A stretch of 64,000 nucleotides of DNA from Malacoraja senta (taxonomy: Eukaryota), in the NCBI GenBank assembly GCA_038087875.1, contig CM075989.1:21144001-21208000 (forward strand). The letters run 5' to 3'. Under the pieces are notes generated by a model, which was given only the letters and a program-made list of their open reading frames with translations, had not been told where the DNA came from and made no database searches. Both the position numbers and the translations under genes were made by a program. Of this stretch, positions 11,715 to 23,447 are shown one piece after another (the first letter of the stretch is position 1; every line of letters starts with the position of its first letter).

Positions 11715-12985
11715 TCAAAGAGTCAAGAGTCAAAAGTGTTTAATTCTCATCTGTACCGGCAACAGAACAACAAACTTCTTACTTGCTGCAGCTTAACAGG
11801 TCCGTTAATGCAATAACACACAGATACATATATCATGATCAATAATAGAATGAATTAATAATCAGCAATACTAGGTAACCATGAAAGTGCAAAGCCAAAC
11901 TCCAAAGACGTACAGGTTTGGAGGTTAATTGGCTTGGTATCAATGTAAAATTGTCCCTAATGTGTGTACGATAGTGTTAGTGTGCGGGGATTGCTGGTCG
12001 GTGCGGACTCGGTGGGCCGAAGGGCCTGTTTCCTTTGCTTTTATCTCCAAACTAAAAACTAAACCAAAATCTGAAATGCAACAAAGAACAGAGTGCATGG
12101 AAGATCATAGTTGCTGAGGTTAGTGTTGTGCGGTATTCAATAGGCTGACGGTTGCTGGGAAGAAGCTATGCTTGAACCTGGTGGTCATGGATTTCAGGCT
12201 CCTGTACCTTCTTCCTGATGGTAAGAGAGACATGAGAGGGAAGCCAGGGTGGTGTGGGCATTTGATGATATTGACTGCCTTTTTGAGGCAGCATCTCCGA
12301 TAGATTCCTGGGATGTCAGGACTTTCATATGAAGAAAGACTGGATAGACTTGGCTTATACTCGCTAGAATTTAGGAGATTGAGAGGGGATCTTATAGAAA
12401 CGTACAAAATTCTTATGGGGTTGGACAGGCTAGATGCAGGAAGATTGTTCCCGATGTTGGGGAAGTCCAGGACAAGGGGTCACAGCTTAAGGATAAGGGG
12501 GAAATCCTTTAAGACCGAGATGAGGAAAAACTTTTTCACACAGAGAGTGGTGAATCTCTGGAACTCTCTGCCACAGAGGGTAGTTGAGGCCAGTTCATTG
12601 GCTATATTTAAGAGGGAGTTAGATGTGGCCCTTGTGGCTCAAGGGATCAGGGGGTATGGAGAGAAGGCAGGTACGGGATACTGAGTTGGATGATGAGCCA
12701 TGATCATATTGAATGGCGGTGCAGGCTCGAAGGGCCGAATGGCCTACTCCTGCACCTATTTTCTATGTATCTATGTATCTATGTAGATCTCTTCGATGGT
12801 GGGGTGGTCAGTACCTGTGATGGACTAGGCACCGTCTACCATTCTCTGTAGTCTTCTTAATTCCTGGGCTTTTGTGTTGCCGAACAAGGCCATAATGCAA
12901 CCAGTTTGTCTACTCCCTACCGTACACCAATAGAAGTTCAATAGAAGATTGAGAAGATTTACCAAATCTTCTCAATCTTCTAAGG
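11715..12985 (-). mobile_element. Rex-type LINE 3' region with a nested SINE tail (11900-12065) and a nested CR1
   Basis: Peptide [31 protein letters not shown]; a related copy lies at 13545-13850. Confidence 0.75.
12303..12785 (+). mobile_element. CR1/HER1 LINE 3' fragment, well preserved
   Basis: Uninterrupted 123-aa frame LSYEERLDRLGLYSLEFRRLRGDLIETYKI...FFTQRVVNLWNSLP, 3' UTR and (CTATGTAT)n tail. Confidence 0.95.
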
Positions 12986-13205
12986 AACTGCAGATGCTGG
13001 TTTATACTGAAGATATCCACAAAATGCTGGAGTAACTCAGCGGGTCAGGCAGCATCTCTGGAGAAAATGGATAGGTGACTTTTCAGGTCAGAATCCTTCC
13101 TCAGTCTCTGAGTCTGAAGAAGGGTTCTGACCTAAAAAGTCACATGTCCTTTTTCTCCAGAGATACTGCTTGACCCGCTGAGTTACTCCAGCATTTTGTG
13201 TCCAT
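12984..13205. mobile_element. Penelope-derived fold-back element
   Basis: Inverted pLTR arms around 13090-13115. Confidence 0.8.
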
Positions 13206-13853
13206 CAGAGGCATTCATGAGCTTACTGCAGGAGGTTAATGGGAAGAGCAACCCAGCAATAATGTATAAACATCCTTCTAACCCATGGCTAAATACTACA
13301 TGGACTCATGACCAAGTAGCTTCATGACTGCCCAGGGATCTCCAGGGTTCATGAACAACTAGCTCTTGGTCAAATAACTAACGGACCCAGGGTCAAAAGG
13401 TCCATCATCCTAGTGATAAATATTGCAACAACCGATGGTTCCACGGTACACTGTTCAGGACAAAATTATCCTTCATCCCAAGAATGAATCATCCACTTGA
13501 TTCCAGGGTCAACTGGTCAAATGTCCCTTAGTCAACTGTGAAGAGTCAAGAGCATCTAATTTTCAACAGAACAATGAAATTCATATTTGCTGCAGATTAA
13601 CAGTCCCGTAAACATAACAACACACAGATTAATATATAATGATCAATAATATAATGAAGTAATAACTTTAATACTAGGTAACCATGATGGTGTAAAACCA
13701 AAGTCCAGAGTTCAACCAAGGACATGGTCTATAGAAGGTCATGGTTGCTGAGTGATATTGTGTAGCATTGAAAAGGCAGATGGTTGCTGGGAAGAAGCGG
13801 TTCTTGAACCTGGTAGTCATGGTTTTCAGGCTCCTGTACCTTTTCTTCACAAA

Positions 13854-14158
13854 GGGCGGCATGGTGGCGCAGCGGTAGAGTTGCGGCCTTACATCGCTGG
13901 AGACCTGGGTTCGATCCTGACTATGGGTGCTGTCTGTACGGAGTTTGTACATTCACCCCGTGACCTGTGTGGGTTTTCTCCGGGTGCTCTGGTTTCCTCC
14001 CGCACTCCAAAGAGGTACAGGTTTGTCGGTTAATTGGCTTCTGTAAATTGTAAATTGTCCCTAGTGTGTAGGATTGTGCTGGTCTCCTGGGCGATCGCTG
14101 GTTGGTGTTGACTTGGTGGGCCGAAGGGCATGTTTCCACTCTGGATCTTTAAAGTAAA
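13854..14158 (+). mobile_element. HE1-like SINE
   Basis: Full length, TAAAGTAAAG tail. Confidence 0.9.
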
Positions 14159-14670
14159 GAGAAGAGCAAATACTGGATATAAATATTGTTTCATTTACCA
14201 TCATGTCTACTCAATAAGAAAAGAAAATTACTTTTTTTTTAATTAAGTGACAACTAATGGGAAATGTACAAATCCATTAATCCACTACAGAGGATCACTG
14301 AGCACAGTTAGGGAATTCCTACACCCACTTTAAGATCAAGGAAATAACATATACATTTAAAGATGTAAATCGAAATGGAAACCGTTTTGAAGCTGCGTTC
14401 TTCCAATGGTTCACGAGATTTTCCTCTCTCATTTGTACATTCCTCGGAGCCAGCAACATATGTTGTACTGACTTGGTGTGATTCATGGGTGTGAGGATGG
14501 GTGCGAGTTTGTGGGAAATCACAAACTAAAAGGTCGGGAATTTGTGGTGGGAACTGTGGTGGCATTTGCAGCAACTACCGTCATAGTTAACTACGGAGAA
14601 AATCTGGTAGTAACATTTGGGAAGTAAAATGCTAAATCCAATGATTCACTTCATAAGTTCATATCATAAG

Positions 14671-14848
14671 CTTCTTCTTCTTATCGAGTCCACACACAAG
14701 ATTAGAAGTTGTTCAGCCAGAGCTGAACACACTTCTCGGCATCTGCATACAATGGTGTCTGTCTTGTCGCTTCTTGTGCTTCTTGTGCGTGGTTGTGGAA
14801 AGATTGGTGAAGACCGGGCCGCGACGTGAACGCTCTTTCCTTGACCCC
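14671..14848 (-). mobile_element. Short non-tRNA retroposon, Vingi-like bipartite element (copy 1)
   Basis: Starts GGGGTCAAGGAAAGAGCG, ends GGACTCGATAAGAAGAAGAAG; TCATAAGCT on both sides; second copy at 24291-24480. Confidence 0.65.
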
Positions 14849-14859
14849 AGTTCATAAGC

Positions 14860-15408
14860 TGAGGCTTTATAAGGCAGTGGTCAGGCTGCACTTGGCGCAT
14901 TGCAAGCAATTTTGGGCCCCGTATCTGAGGAAGGACGAGATGGCTCTGGAGAGACTCCAGAGGAGAATGATCCCAGCAATGAGTGGGTTAACATATGATG
15001 CGCGCTAGACGGCACTGGAGTTGCTGGAGTTTAGAAGGATGAGGGGGCATCTCATTAAAACGTACAGAATAGTGAAAGGCTTGGATAGAGGATGTTTCCA
15101 CTAGTGGAAGAGTCGAGGACCAGAGGTCATAGCCTCAGAATTAAAGGATGTTCCTTCAGGAAGGAGGTGAGGAGGAATTTCTTTAGTCAGAGGGTGGTGA
15201 ATCTGTGGGATTCTTTGCCAAGGAAGGCTGTGGAGGCCGTCAATGTATTTATTTAAGGCAGAGATAGATAGATTCTTGATTAGTACGGGTGTCAGGGGTT
15301 ATGGGGAGAAAGCAGGAGAGAGAGATAGGTCGGCCATGATTGAATGGTGGAGTAGACTTGATGGGCCGAATGGCACAAATCTGCTCCAATCACTTATGAC
15401 CTTATGAC
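14860..15408 (+). mobile_element. CR1/HER1 LINE 3' fragment
   Basis: Peptide LYKAVVRLHL..CKQFWAPYLRKD..LERLQRR plus UTR; an inverted UTR copy lies at ~15500-15665. Confidence 0.9.
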
Positions 15409-16096
15409 TTTACTGTAACTATGGAGAAAATCTGGCAGTAGCTTCGGGAAGTACAATGCAAAATCCAGTGATTCACTTCATAAGTTCATAAATTCATTAC
15501 TGATAGGAGCAGAATTTGCCCATTCGGCCCATCATACTAGTCCACCATTCAATCATGGCCGATCTATCTCTCCCTCCTAACCCTATTTTCCTGCCCTCTC
15601 CCCATAACCCCTGAAACCCGTACTAATCAAGAATCTATCTATCACTGCCTTAAAAATATCCATTGTCTTTGAAAAGCTGCAGCCTCCCTCTCTTTTCTGC
15701 GATAATCAGCATGAAAACAATGATTTTGACAAGAACTTTAATTATTCATGAACTATTTGGATCGTGAAAATATTACAATTCGTTGAACGAGGCATTTTTA
15801 ATAACACTGCATAACAAGCTCTCTGCACCTATGAACTGAATTAATTATTAGTTTCTGTTTTAAACTTTATGAAATGTCAGTTTCCAAATGCCTCAATCTT
15901 TATTTTGTTCACTTTTTAAAAATGTTTCGAGAAAAAAAAAAATATATATATTTGAGCTCTTTACCTCCTACTTTGACGTTGATGAGAATTGTTCAATGTG
16001 ATTGGTGGTCAGTCTTGATGAATGACTTCACCTCTGCTGGTCCCTAAGATCACGAGAAATGCATCATTAATGAAAGGGAGGCATATCCGTACTAAA

Positions 16097-16335
16097 GGGT
16101 GGTGAATCTGTGGAATTCATTGCCACAGGAGGCTGTGGAGGCCAAATCAATGGATATTTTTAGGGCAGAGATAGATAGATTCTTGATTAGTACGGGTGTC
16201 AGGGGTTATGGGGAGAAGGCAGGAGAATGGAGAGGGAGAGATAGATCAGCCATGATTGAATGGTGGAGTAGACTTGATGGGCCGAATGGCCCAATTCTGC
16301 TCCTATCGCTGATGACCTTATGATCTTATGACCTT
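16097..16335 (+). mobile_element. CR1/HER1 LINE 3' fragment
   Basis: Peptide VNLWNSLPQEAVEAKS plus UTR. Confidence 0.88.
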
Positions 16336-17501
16336 ACATTAACAACCTGCTGAGTTACTCCAGCACTTTGTATCTATTTTCATGATATATGATCAGATTG
16401 GACAGCAGACTTAACAAAGATTTTCACTGTGTATTGGTATACATGACAATAATAAATTAATAGCAATACCATTTCACACAGCACACCGTATTGGTCATTT
16501 TGAGGCATAAGTACTGTTTGTGCAAACCACTTTGATCTGATTTCACAAGCACACAGGTTTAGAGGGATATGGGCCAAGTGCAGGCAGTTGGGACTTGTGT
16601 AGATGAGACATCATGTGGGGAATTTGGGCCAAAGGGCCTCTTTCCACGGTCTTAGACTGTATGACTATGACACACCCTTCTGTTCTTGCTTATCTAATGG
16701 ATGCGTCAGTATGTAGTGGACAGCTCTGAGCTTACAATGGTTCAATTCAAATGAAGGCATTGAACCCTGTCCCAACAGTGCAGCTGCTTTTGAAACATAC
16801 CACCGGACCATTCCAACAATGTGTCAGGATGCGGCTTTGAAAAGTCACTGCTGTAAACATTCTTCTAATCTCGCCCAAGCTGTCCGAGCCTGCCCTTTCC
16901 CATTAAAGTTGGCCCACGTTTACTGTTTGGTGCAATGATATGTTTTCAGCAGTCAGTCCATTCGCATTTTCCTGAGTGCACATTTTTTCTCAGTTTCTGC
17001 AAAAAAAAGCTAACATTTTCCATGTGATCAAAAGTCAATGTGCTGGAGGAACTCAACGGGCCAGGCAGCATCTGTGTGGAGGGAACGGACAGACGATGTT
17101 TCGGGTCAGGATCCTTCTTCAGACTGAAGAAGAAGCAGTGAGTTTAGTTGAGTTTAGTGGAGTGTATTATTGTCACGTGCGCCGAGTTGCAATGAAAAGC
17201 TTTTGTGTTGCTTTTTATCCAGTTACCGAAAAGACTATACATGATAACAATCAAGGTTGACATGGTGTACGGATATAGGATGAAGGGAATAACGTTTAGT
17301 GCAAGATAAAGTCCAGTAAGGTCCTGTTAAAGATATTTCTAGCACTCCAATGAGGTAGATGTTAGGTCAGGGTTGCTCTCTATTTGGTGATTGGATGGAT
17401 CAGTTGCTTCCATTCCCTCCACAGATGCTGCCTGACCCACTGATTTCTATTTTATGGACAAGTTGGGTTGAAGGACCTGTTTCAGCTCAACACAGTGCTT
17501 A

Positions 17502-17817
17502 AGGGCCTGTCCCACTGTACGAGGTAGTTCAAGAGCTCTCCCGAGTTTAAAAAAAATCAAACTCGTGGTAAGCACGTAGAATGTACGTAGCGGGCACGTC
17601 GGAGCTCGGGACGTCTCTTAGCGGCTCGTAACGCTAACGGCAGGTACTCGGGAAACGCGGTAAGCTCGTGAAGACTCGTGAAGATTTTTCAACATGTTGA
17701 AAAACATCCACGAGAGCCCCGAGTACCGACGAGCGGCTATTACCGTAATTCTCCGAGTTCGAATCAGGGGAAACTCGGGAGAGCTCTTGAATTAGCTCGT
17801 ACAGTGGGACAGCCCCA
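17502..17817. mobile_element. PIF/Harbinger-type MITE (family C)
   Basis: ~45-bp TIRs AGGGCCTGTCCCACTGTACGAG..AAGAGCTCTCCCGAGTTT, flanks TTA and TAA, CpG-rich interior. Confidence 0.88.
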
Positions 17818-18064
17818 TAAGACTAAAAAAATAGAGACTCGTTATTGGACAGTATAAATCCACATGCCGATGCATTGTTTGCTAATTAACACCTTTATTT
17901 CAATGTCTGCTGTTTGTTGCCACTACAGCCTATTGCACAGATACACTATCATTCCAGTTCCACATTGTGTAGGAAGGAACTGCAGATGCTGGTTTACATC
18001 GAAGATAGACACAAAATGCTGGAGTAACTCAGTGGGTCATGCAGCATCTTTAGTTTAGTTTAGT

Positions 18065-18315
18065 CAAGATCGTCCCGTCAACGGAGGGCTCAATGCCCCC
18101 GACCGTGGGAGAGCAAAGAAGGGAAGAGATTTGAACTTTTTTTCGCCTTCCATCACAGTGAGGAATGTGGAGGAGTCACTGTGGTGGATGTTTATGTTAA
18201 AATGTATTTTGTGTGTTCTGTTGCTTTTTATTTGTATGACTGACTTGGCAAAATGAAATTCCTCGTATGTTGCAAAACATACTTGGCTAATAAAGTATTA
18301 TTGTGATTGTGATTA
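18065..18315 (+). mobile_element. Unclassified retroposon 3' end with stem-loop and (GATTGT)n tail
   Basis: GAAATTCCTCGTATGTTGCAAAACATACTTGGCTAATAAAG followed by TTGTGATTGTGATT, the layout of a LINE-type 3' end. Confidence 0.55.
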
Positions 18316-18319
18316 TTGT

Positions 18320-18603
18320 TTAATTTAGAGATACAGCGCAGAAACAGGCCCTTCGGCCCACTGAGTCTGCACTGACCAGCGATCCCCACACAGTAAAACC
18401 ATCCTACACGCATTAGGGACAATTTTACAATTATACTAAGCCGATTAGCTTACAAACCTGTTCGTCTTTGGAGTGTGGGAGGAAACTGGAGCTCCTGTAG
18501 TAAATCCATGCACATGGAGAACATACAAACTCTGTACAGACAGCACCCGCAGTGAGGATTGAACCTGGCGCTGTAAGGCAGCAACTCCTACTGCTGCACC
18601 ACT
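18320..18603 (-). mobile_element. HE1-like SINE
   Basis: Reverse complement of core and tail. Confidence 0.85.
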
Positions 18604-18889
18604 GGAGAAAGGGAATGGGTGACGTTTCGGGTCATATGTATCGCTGGATCATGACTTCCTGGCTCCTACACCCGATGCCCCGACCAATGAAGGTGAGTAT
18701 ACCATACGCCTGAAGCAGCGGAGTGATATCCAACAATAGGAGACAAATCCATGGCAATGCATATCCATTTTCCCATGGGTTAGAAGTGTAGATTTCTTCC
18801 CGCTTGTCAACCAATCATTTTAAATGTGAATCATGGATTCCTATTTAAATGTAGGTATTAACATTTCAGACTTATCAAGTGCATAGCCC

Positions 18890-19180
18890 GAGGCAGCGGT
18901 AGAGTTGTGGCCTTACGGCGCCAGTGACCCGGGTTCGATCCTGACTACAGGTGCTGTCTGGACGGAGTTTGCACGTTCTCCCTGTGACTACGAGGGTTTT
19001 CTCCAGGTGCTCCAGTTTCCTCCCGCACTCCAAAGACGTGCAGGTCCATGGGTTAATTGGCTTCGGTAAAAATTGTAAGATGCCCCTTGTGTGTAGTGTG
19101 TGCTAGTATATCAGGGGTCGCTGGGTGGGCCGAAGGGCCTGCTTCTGCTCTGTATCTCTAAACTAAGCTAAACTAAACTA
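18890..19180 (+). mobile_element. HE1-like SINE
   Basis: B box, core and tail. Confidence 0.9.
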
Positions 19181-21055
19181 CAACACTCAGATGAAACGGA
19201 ATGTTCTCTCTGAGTCATGGAGAGGAGCAATTACACCCAGAAAAAAAAAATCCTTCTTGGCTGACATCAATTTGTAGGTCCTACATTGGTTCATCATGAA
19301 AGGAAATGAATATGAATTATCCTGTGTGGTGTGCTGTCTTGATGCCAATATGTTCCCCACAAGACAGTGCATGTGTGGCACGGAGAATTGCCCTTCACAG
19401 CAGCCATGCTAATAGAAATGAATGGGTCATTTGGCATTGGAGAACAAGTAACTTAGCATTTGCACTGAACAATTCTTGCCAGACTGTGCATATTGAAGGA
19501 GCTCCTTTCAACGGTGATTAATGGGTCTTTCAAGTGTACTGCTCCCTAGTTATGAGGAGGGCGACCTGGTCATAGGACAACTTTATGAAGCCATAAAAAA
19601 TGTATGTCAGCCCCGACTTTCTAATGTCAGACTAAACAGTAAAAGTGGCAGAGTAATAAGGCTGTTTTCTTTGGTCTAAATAGCTTTGTGACTACAATTT
19701 CGCACTTCTCTGCTTATCTGACAATCGTATTTACAGAGACCCATTTTGCTGCTCTGTCCTTTTAATGATTTTGGAATGCTTGCGTTTCCAACTGAATGCA
19801 CCAAATTCTTCAGCGGCGACGATACAATTTGTTCAATGCATAACTTAGAGACTGAATAGCTTGAACGCAAAAACATAAAGTCCAAGTCTCTTATTCCTAA
19901 CTTGCTACATTCAAATTATTTGATTACTGAGATATTTCTCGCACGGAATTCCAACCTGTTTTACACACTGCTTCATTTTAAGTGTCGACACCACTCGACT
20001 ATTTTATTGTCAAATGATCTGAGATATCAGGATTAGTAGAATACAACTCTTTCACCAATGCAGGGTGACAATTAGGGTGGAATCAATGCACAAAATAAGG
20101 AGGGATTTTAACTATCTGTAGTATTATCAAAGGCAATTTTTTTTTGTTGAAGAAATGAATTCTGTTAGATGATAACTGACATTTGCAGGGATACTGCCCG
20201 GTCGTAAACGAGACCTGGGAATGTGAAAAGGCAGCATTTTATTTATTCATGAAAGTAATTAGGCCACAGCGGCTAACAAGTAGTGTGTGTGTGCTTCTCG
20301 AGACCTCTCAGACCAGACGTGACTTCGAATGCCCATGTTTTATTGAAGCACAAAATCTTCCACTACAAAAGTTAATTTCACTGAAATGCAAGTTTTTTAA
20401 TGTCAGAACCTTTTCCTGTTCTATTCCATTCAAAATGCGGTGAACATTAGATGCTGCCCATGTAGTCTACATGTGAGGGGGGGGGGGGGGGGGAAGTATA
20501 GCCAGTGGAAGAAATGCTGCGGGGGGGCAATAGAAAAGAACACAATTTTGCCAATGTGCAGTACCACGACATAATTTAAATGTTTTTTTTGCTCACTACA
20601 CTATTGTCTATTTATTAAAATCTTCTATTTAAATAATTTCAGCATTAATTTGTTTAGAGGGATATGGGCCAAATGCAGGCAGTTGGGACTAGTGTAGATG
20701 GGACATGTTGTGGGGAAGTTGGGCCGAAGGGTCTCTTTCCACACTCTGTAAGACTCTACGACACACCCTCTGTTCATTTCTTTTCTCGTTTATTAGATTG
20801 TTTACAGAGTACTATGTTTACACATTCTGTTGTGCTGCTGCAAGTAAGAATTTCATAGCTCTATCTGGGACAAGTGATAAATAAAACACTCTTGACTCCC
20901 TTCTGCCTTATCTAATTTCTTCTCGATCGGATGCGTCAGAATGTAGAGGACTGCTCTAAGCTTACAATGGTTCAATATAAATTAATGCATTGGAGTCATA
21001 GAGTGATAATTCAAAATGCAAAGTGAACATTAGATGCTGCCCATGTAGTCTACAT

Positions 21056-21110
21056 GGGGGGGGGGAGGGGGTTGGGGGGGGAGGGGGTTGGGGGGGAGGG
21101 GGGGCGGGGA
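21056..21110 (+). repeat. G-run tract with G-quadruplex potential
   Basis: More than four runs of 4-10 G separated by 1-2 nt. Confidence 0.8.
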
Positions 21111-21637
21111 GAGTGGTGCCAGTGAAAATAAAACCCAGTTGAAGAAATGCTACAGGGAGCATTTGAAAATAACATAATTTTGCCAACGCTTTATAATTTA
21201 GATGTTTTTTTTGCTCACTACACTATTTTCTATTTATAAACATCTTCTAATTAAATAATTTCAGCATTAATTGGTGTTTTATTTAATTTTAATTCATTTT
21301 TAATGAGAACTATTACAGGGGCACTTTAATATCATCATTAAGTTTGGCGTGCTGCCTCTCTCTTCAATGTCAAAATGACTGGCCGCCATCTTGAAATTCC
21401 CTTCATTGGGGATTAGATCGGTTTAGTATATTTGGTTTTGAAAACAAATGAAAACCCACACCAAAAAATGTGGGTTTTTTTCTCCCCACTTTCAGGCATG
21501 GGATGGTTACTCATAGATGTAACATTATCAAAAAGGAACAAGCCGTGGTTTAGTGGGGACTATTGACAGTGGGCAGTCTTACTTTGAGTCAGAAACTTTT
21601 ACCCTGGGTGAAAATGTTGAAGACTAGAGGTTGACGA

Positions 21638-21852
21638 GAGACACAAATATCCTGGAGTAACTCAGTGGGACAGGCAGCATCTCTGGAGAGAGGGAATGGG
21701 TGACATTTCGGGTCTTCAGACTCTGAAGAAAGGTCTCAACCCGAAACGTCACCCATTCCTTTTCCCCAGAGATGCTGCCTGTCCCGCTGAGTTATTCCAC
21801 CATTTTGTGTCTATATTCGGTGTACACCAGCATGTGCAGTTCCTTCCTGCAC
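21638..21852. mobile_element. Penelope-derived fold-back element
   Basis: Inverted arms; CTGAAGAAAGGTCTCAACCCGAAACGTC from 21723. Confidence 0.8.
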
Positions 21853-22180
21853 AAAGACGAGAGATATGGTCTTTAAGGTGAGAGGGGCAAAGTTAGGGGG
21901 TGGCCGGGACGTGCTGTCAGGGTGGTAGTGGTGGAAGTAGATGTGATGGGGTGCGATTAAGAGCCTCTGACAGGCACACTGATATGCTGGGGATTGAGGT
22001 GTATGCTTCAGATGCAAGCCAAGACAAGTATTTAACTTCGCATGAGATTCAGTGTGGACATTGTGGGCAGAAGGGCCAAGTCTTGCGTTGTACTGTGTTC
22101 TATGTTCTGAGTTCTAAAATGTGACATTCCATCAGCTTGGTTAACATGGGACTAGAGAACTCAATTTGTCTTTTTCAGAG

Positions 22181-22632
22181 TTAATTCCAGGGATGGCGGG
22201 ACTGTCATATGTTGAAAGAATGGAGCAACTGGGCTTGTACACACTGGAATTTAGAAGGATGAGAGGGAATCTTATTGAAACATATAAGATTATTAAGGGA
22301 TTGGACACGCTAGAGGCAGGAAACATGTTCCCGATGTTGGGGGAATCCAGAACCAGGGGCCACAGTTTAAGAATAAGCGGTAGGCCATTTAGAACGGAGA
22401 CGAGGAAAAACTTTTTCACCCAGAGAGTTGAGAATCTGTGGAATTCTCTGCCTCAGAAGGCAGTGGAGGCCAATGAGCTCTTAAAGATAGTGGAGTCAAG
22501 GGATATGGGGAGAAGGCAGGAATGGGGTACTGATTGTGGATGATCAGAGATGATCACAGTGAATGGCGGTGCTGGCTCGAAGGGCCGAATGGCCTACTCC
22601 TGCACCTATTGTCTATTGGCTATTGTCCATTG
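22181..22632 (+). mobile_element. CR1/HER1 LINE 3' fragment
   Basis: Peptide IPGMAGLSYVERMEQLGLYTLEFRRMRGNLIETYKIIKG...; (CTATTGT)n tail. Confidence 0.92.
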
Positions 22633-22784
22633 TTTCAACAAAACAGCTTCATAGAAAGAAGATTGACTAAGGACTCGCTAACTAATTAAAAACAGTCTGA
22701 AATGTCACCAATGGCACACAATACCATCTTTCCTTTTTCAATTGCTGCTGAATCCAATCCTTCAACGGACCAAAGGATGTGCCT

Positions 22785-23447
22785 TTAGAATTCAGATGAG
22801 GAGGGATTTCTTTAGCCAGGGGGTGGTGAATCTGTAAAATTTATCACCACAGACGGCTGTGAGGCCGAGGAAGACATTGGGTATTTTTAAAGGGAGATTG
22901 ATAGGTTTTTGATTAGTAAGGGGATCAGAGGTAATGGGGAGAAGTCAAGGGAATGGGATTGAGAGGGAAAAATCGATCGGATGGCAGAGTAGACTCAATT
23001 GGCCAAATTGACTAATTCTGCTCCTATGTCTTATGGTCTTCGATTCCACGAGAATAATCCCAGGAAGGATTGGGTTAACATATGATAAGCGTTTGATGGC
23101 ACTGGGCCTGTACTCACTGGAGCTTAGAAGGATGAGGTGGGACCTCATTGGATATATTTAAGGCGGAGATTGACAGATTCTTTGTGCAAAAAAGAACTGC
23201 AGATGCCGATTTAAATTGAAGGTAGACACAAAATGCTGGAGTAACTCAGCGGGACAGGCAGCATCTCTGGAGAGAAGGAATGGGCGACGTTTCGGGTCGA
23301 GGCACTTCTTCAGGCAGATTCTTGATTTGTACGGGTGTCAAGGGTTACGGGGAGAAGGGAGGAGACTGGGATTGAGAGGGATCGGATGGCGGAGTGCACT
23401 TGATGGGCTGAATGGCCTAATTCTGCTCCTATAACTTGAACTTATGA
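22785..23447 (+). mobile_element. Two degraded CR1 3' fragments, the second with a nested Penelope-derived element (23183-23314)
   Basis: CR1 UTR motifs; the insert is flanked by CAGATTCTT at 23174-23182 and 23315-23323. Confidence 0.8.
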
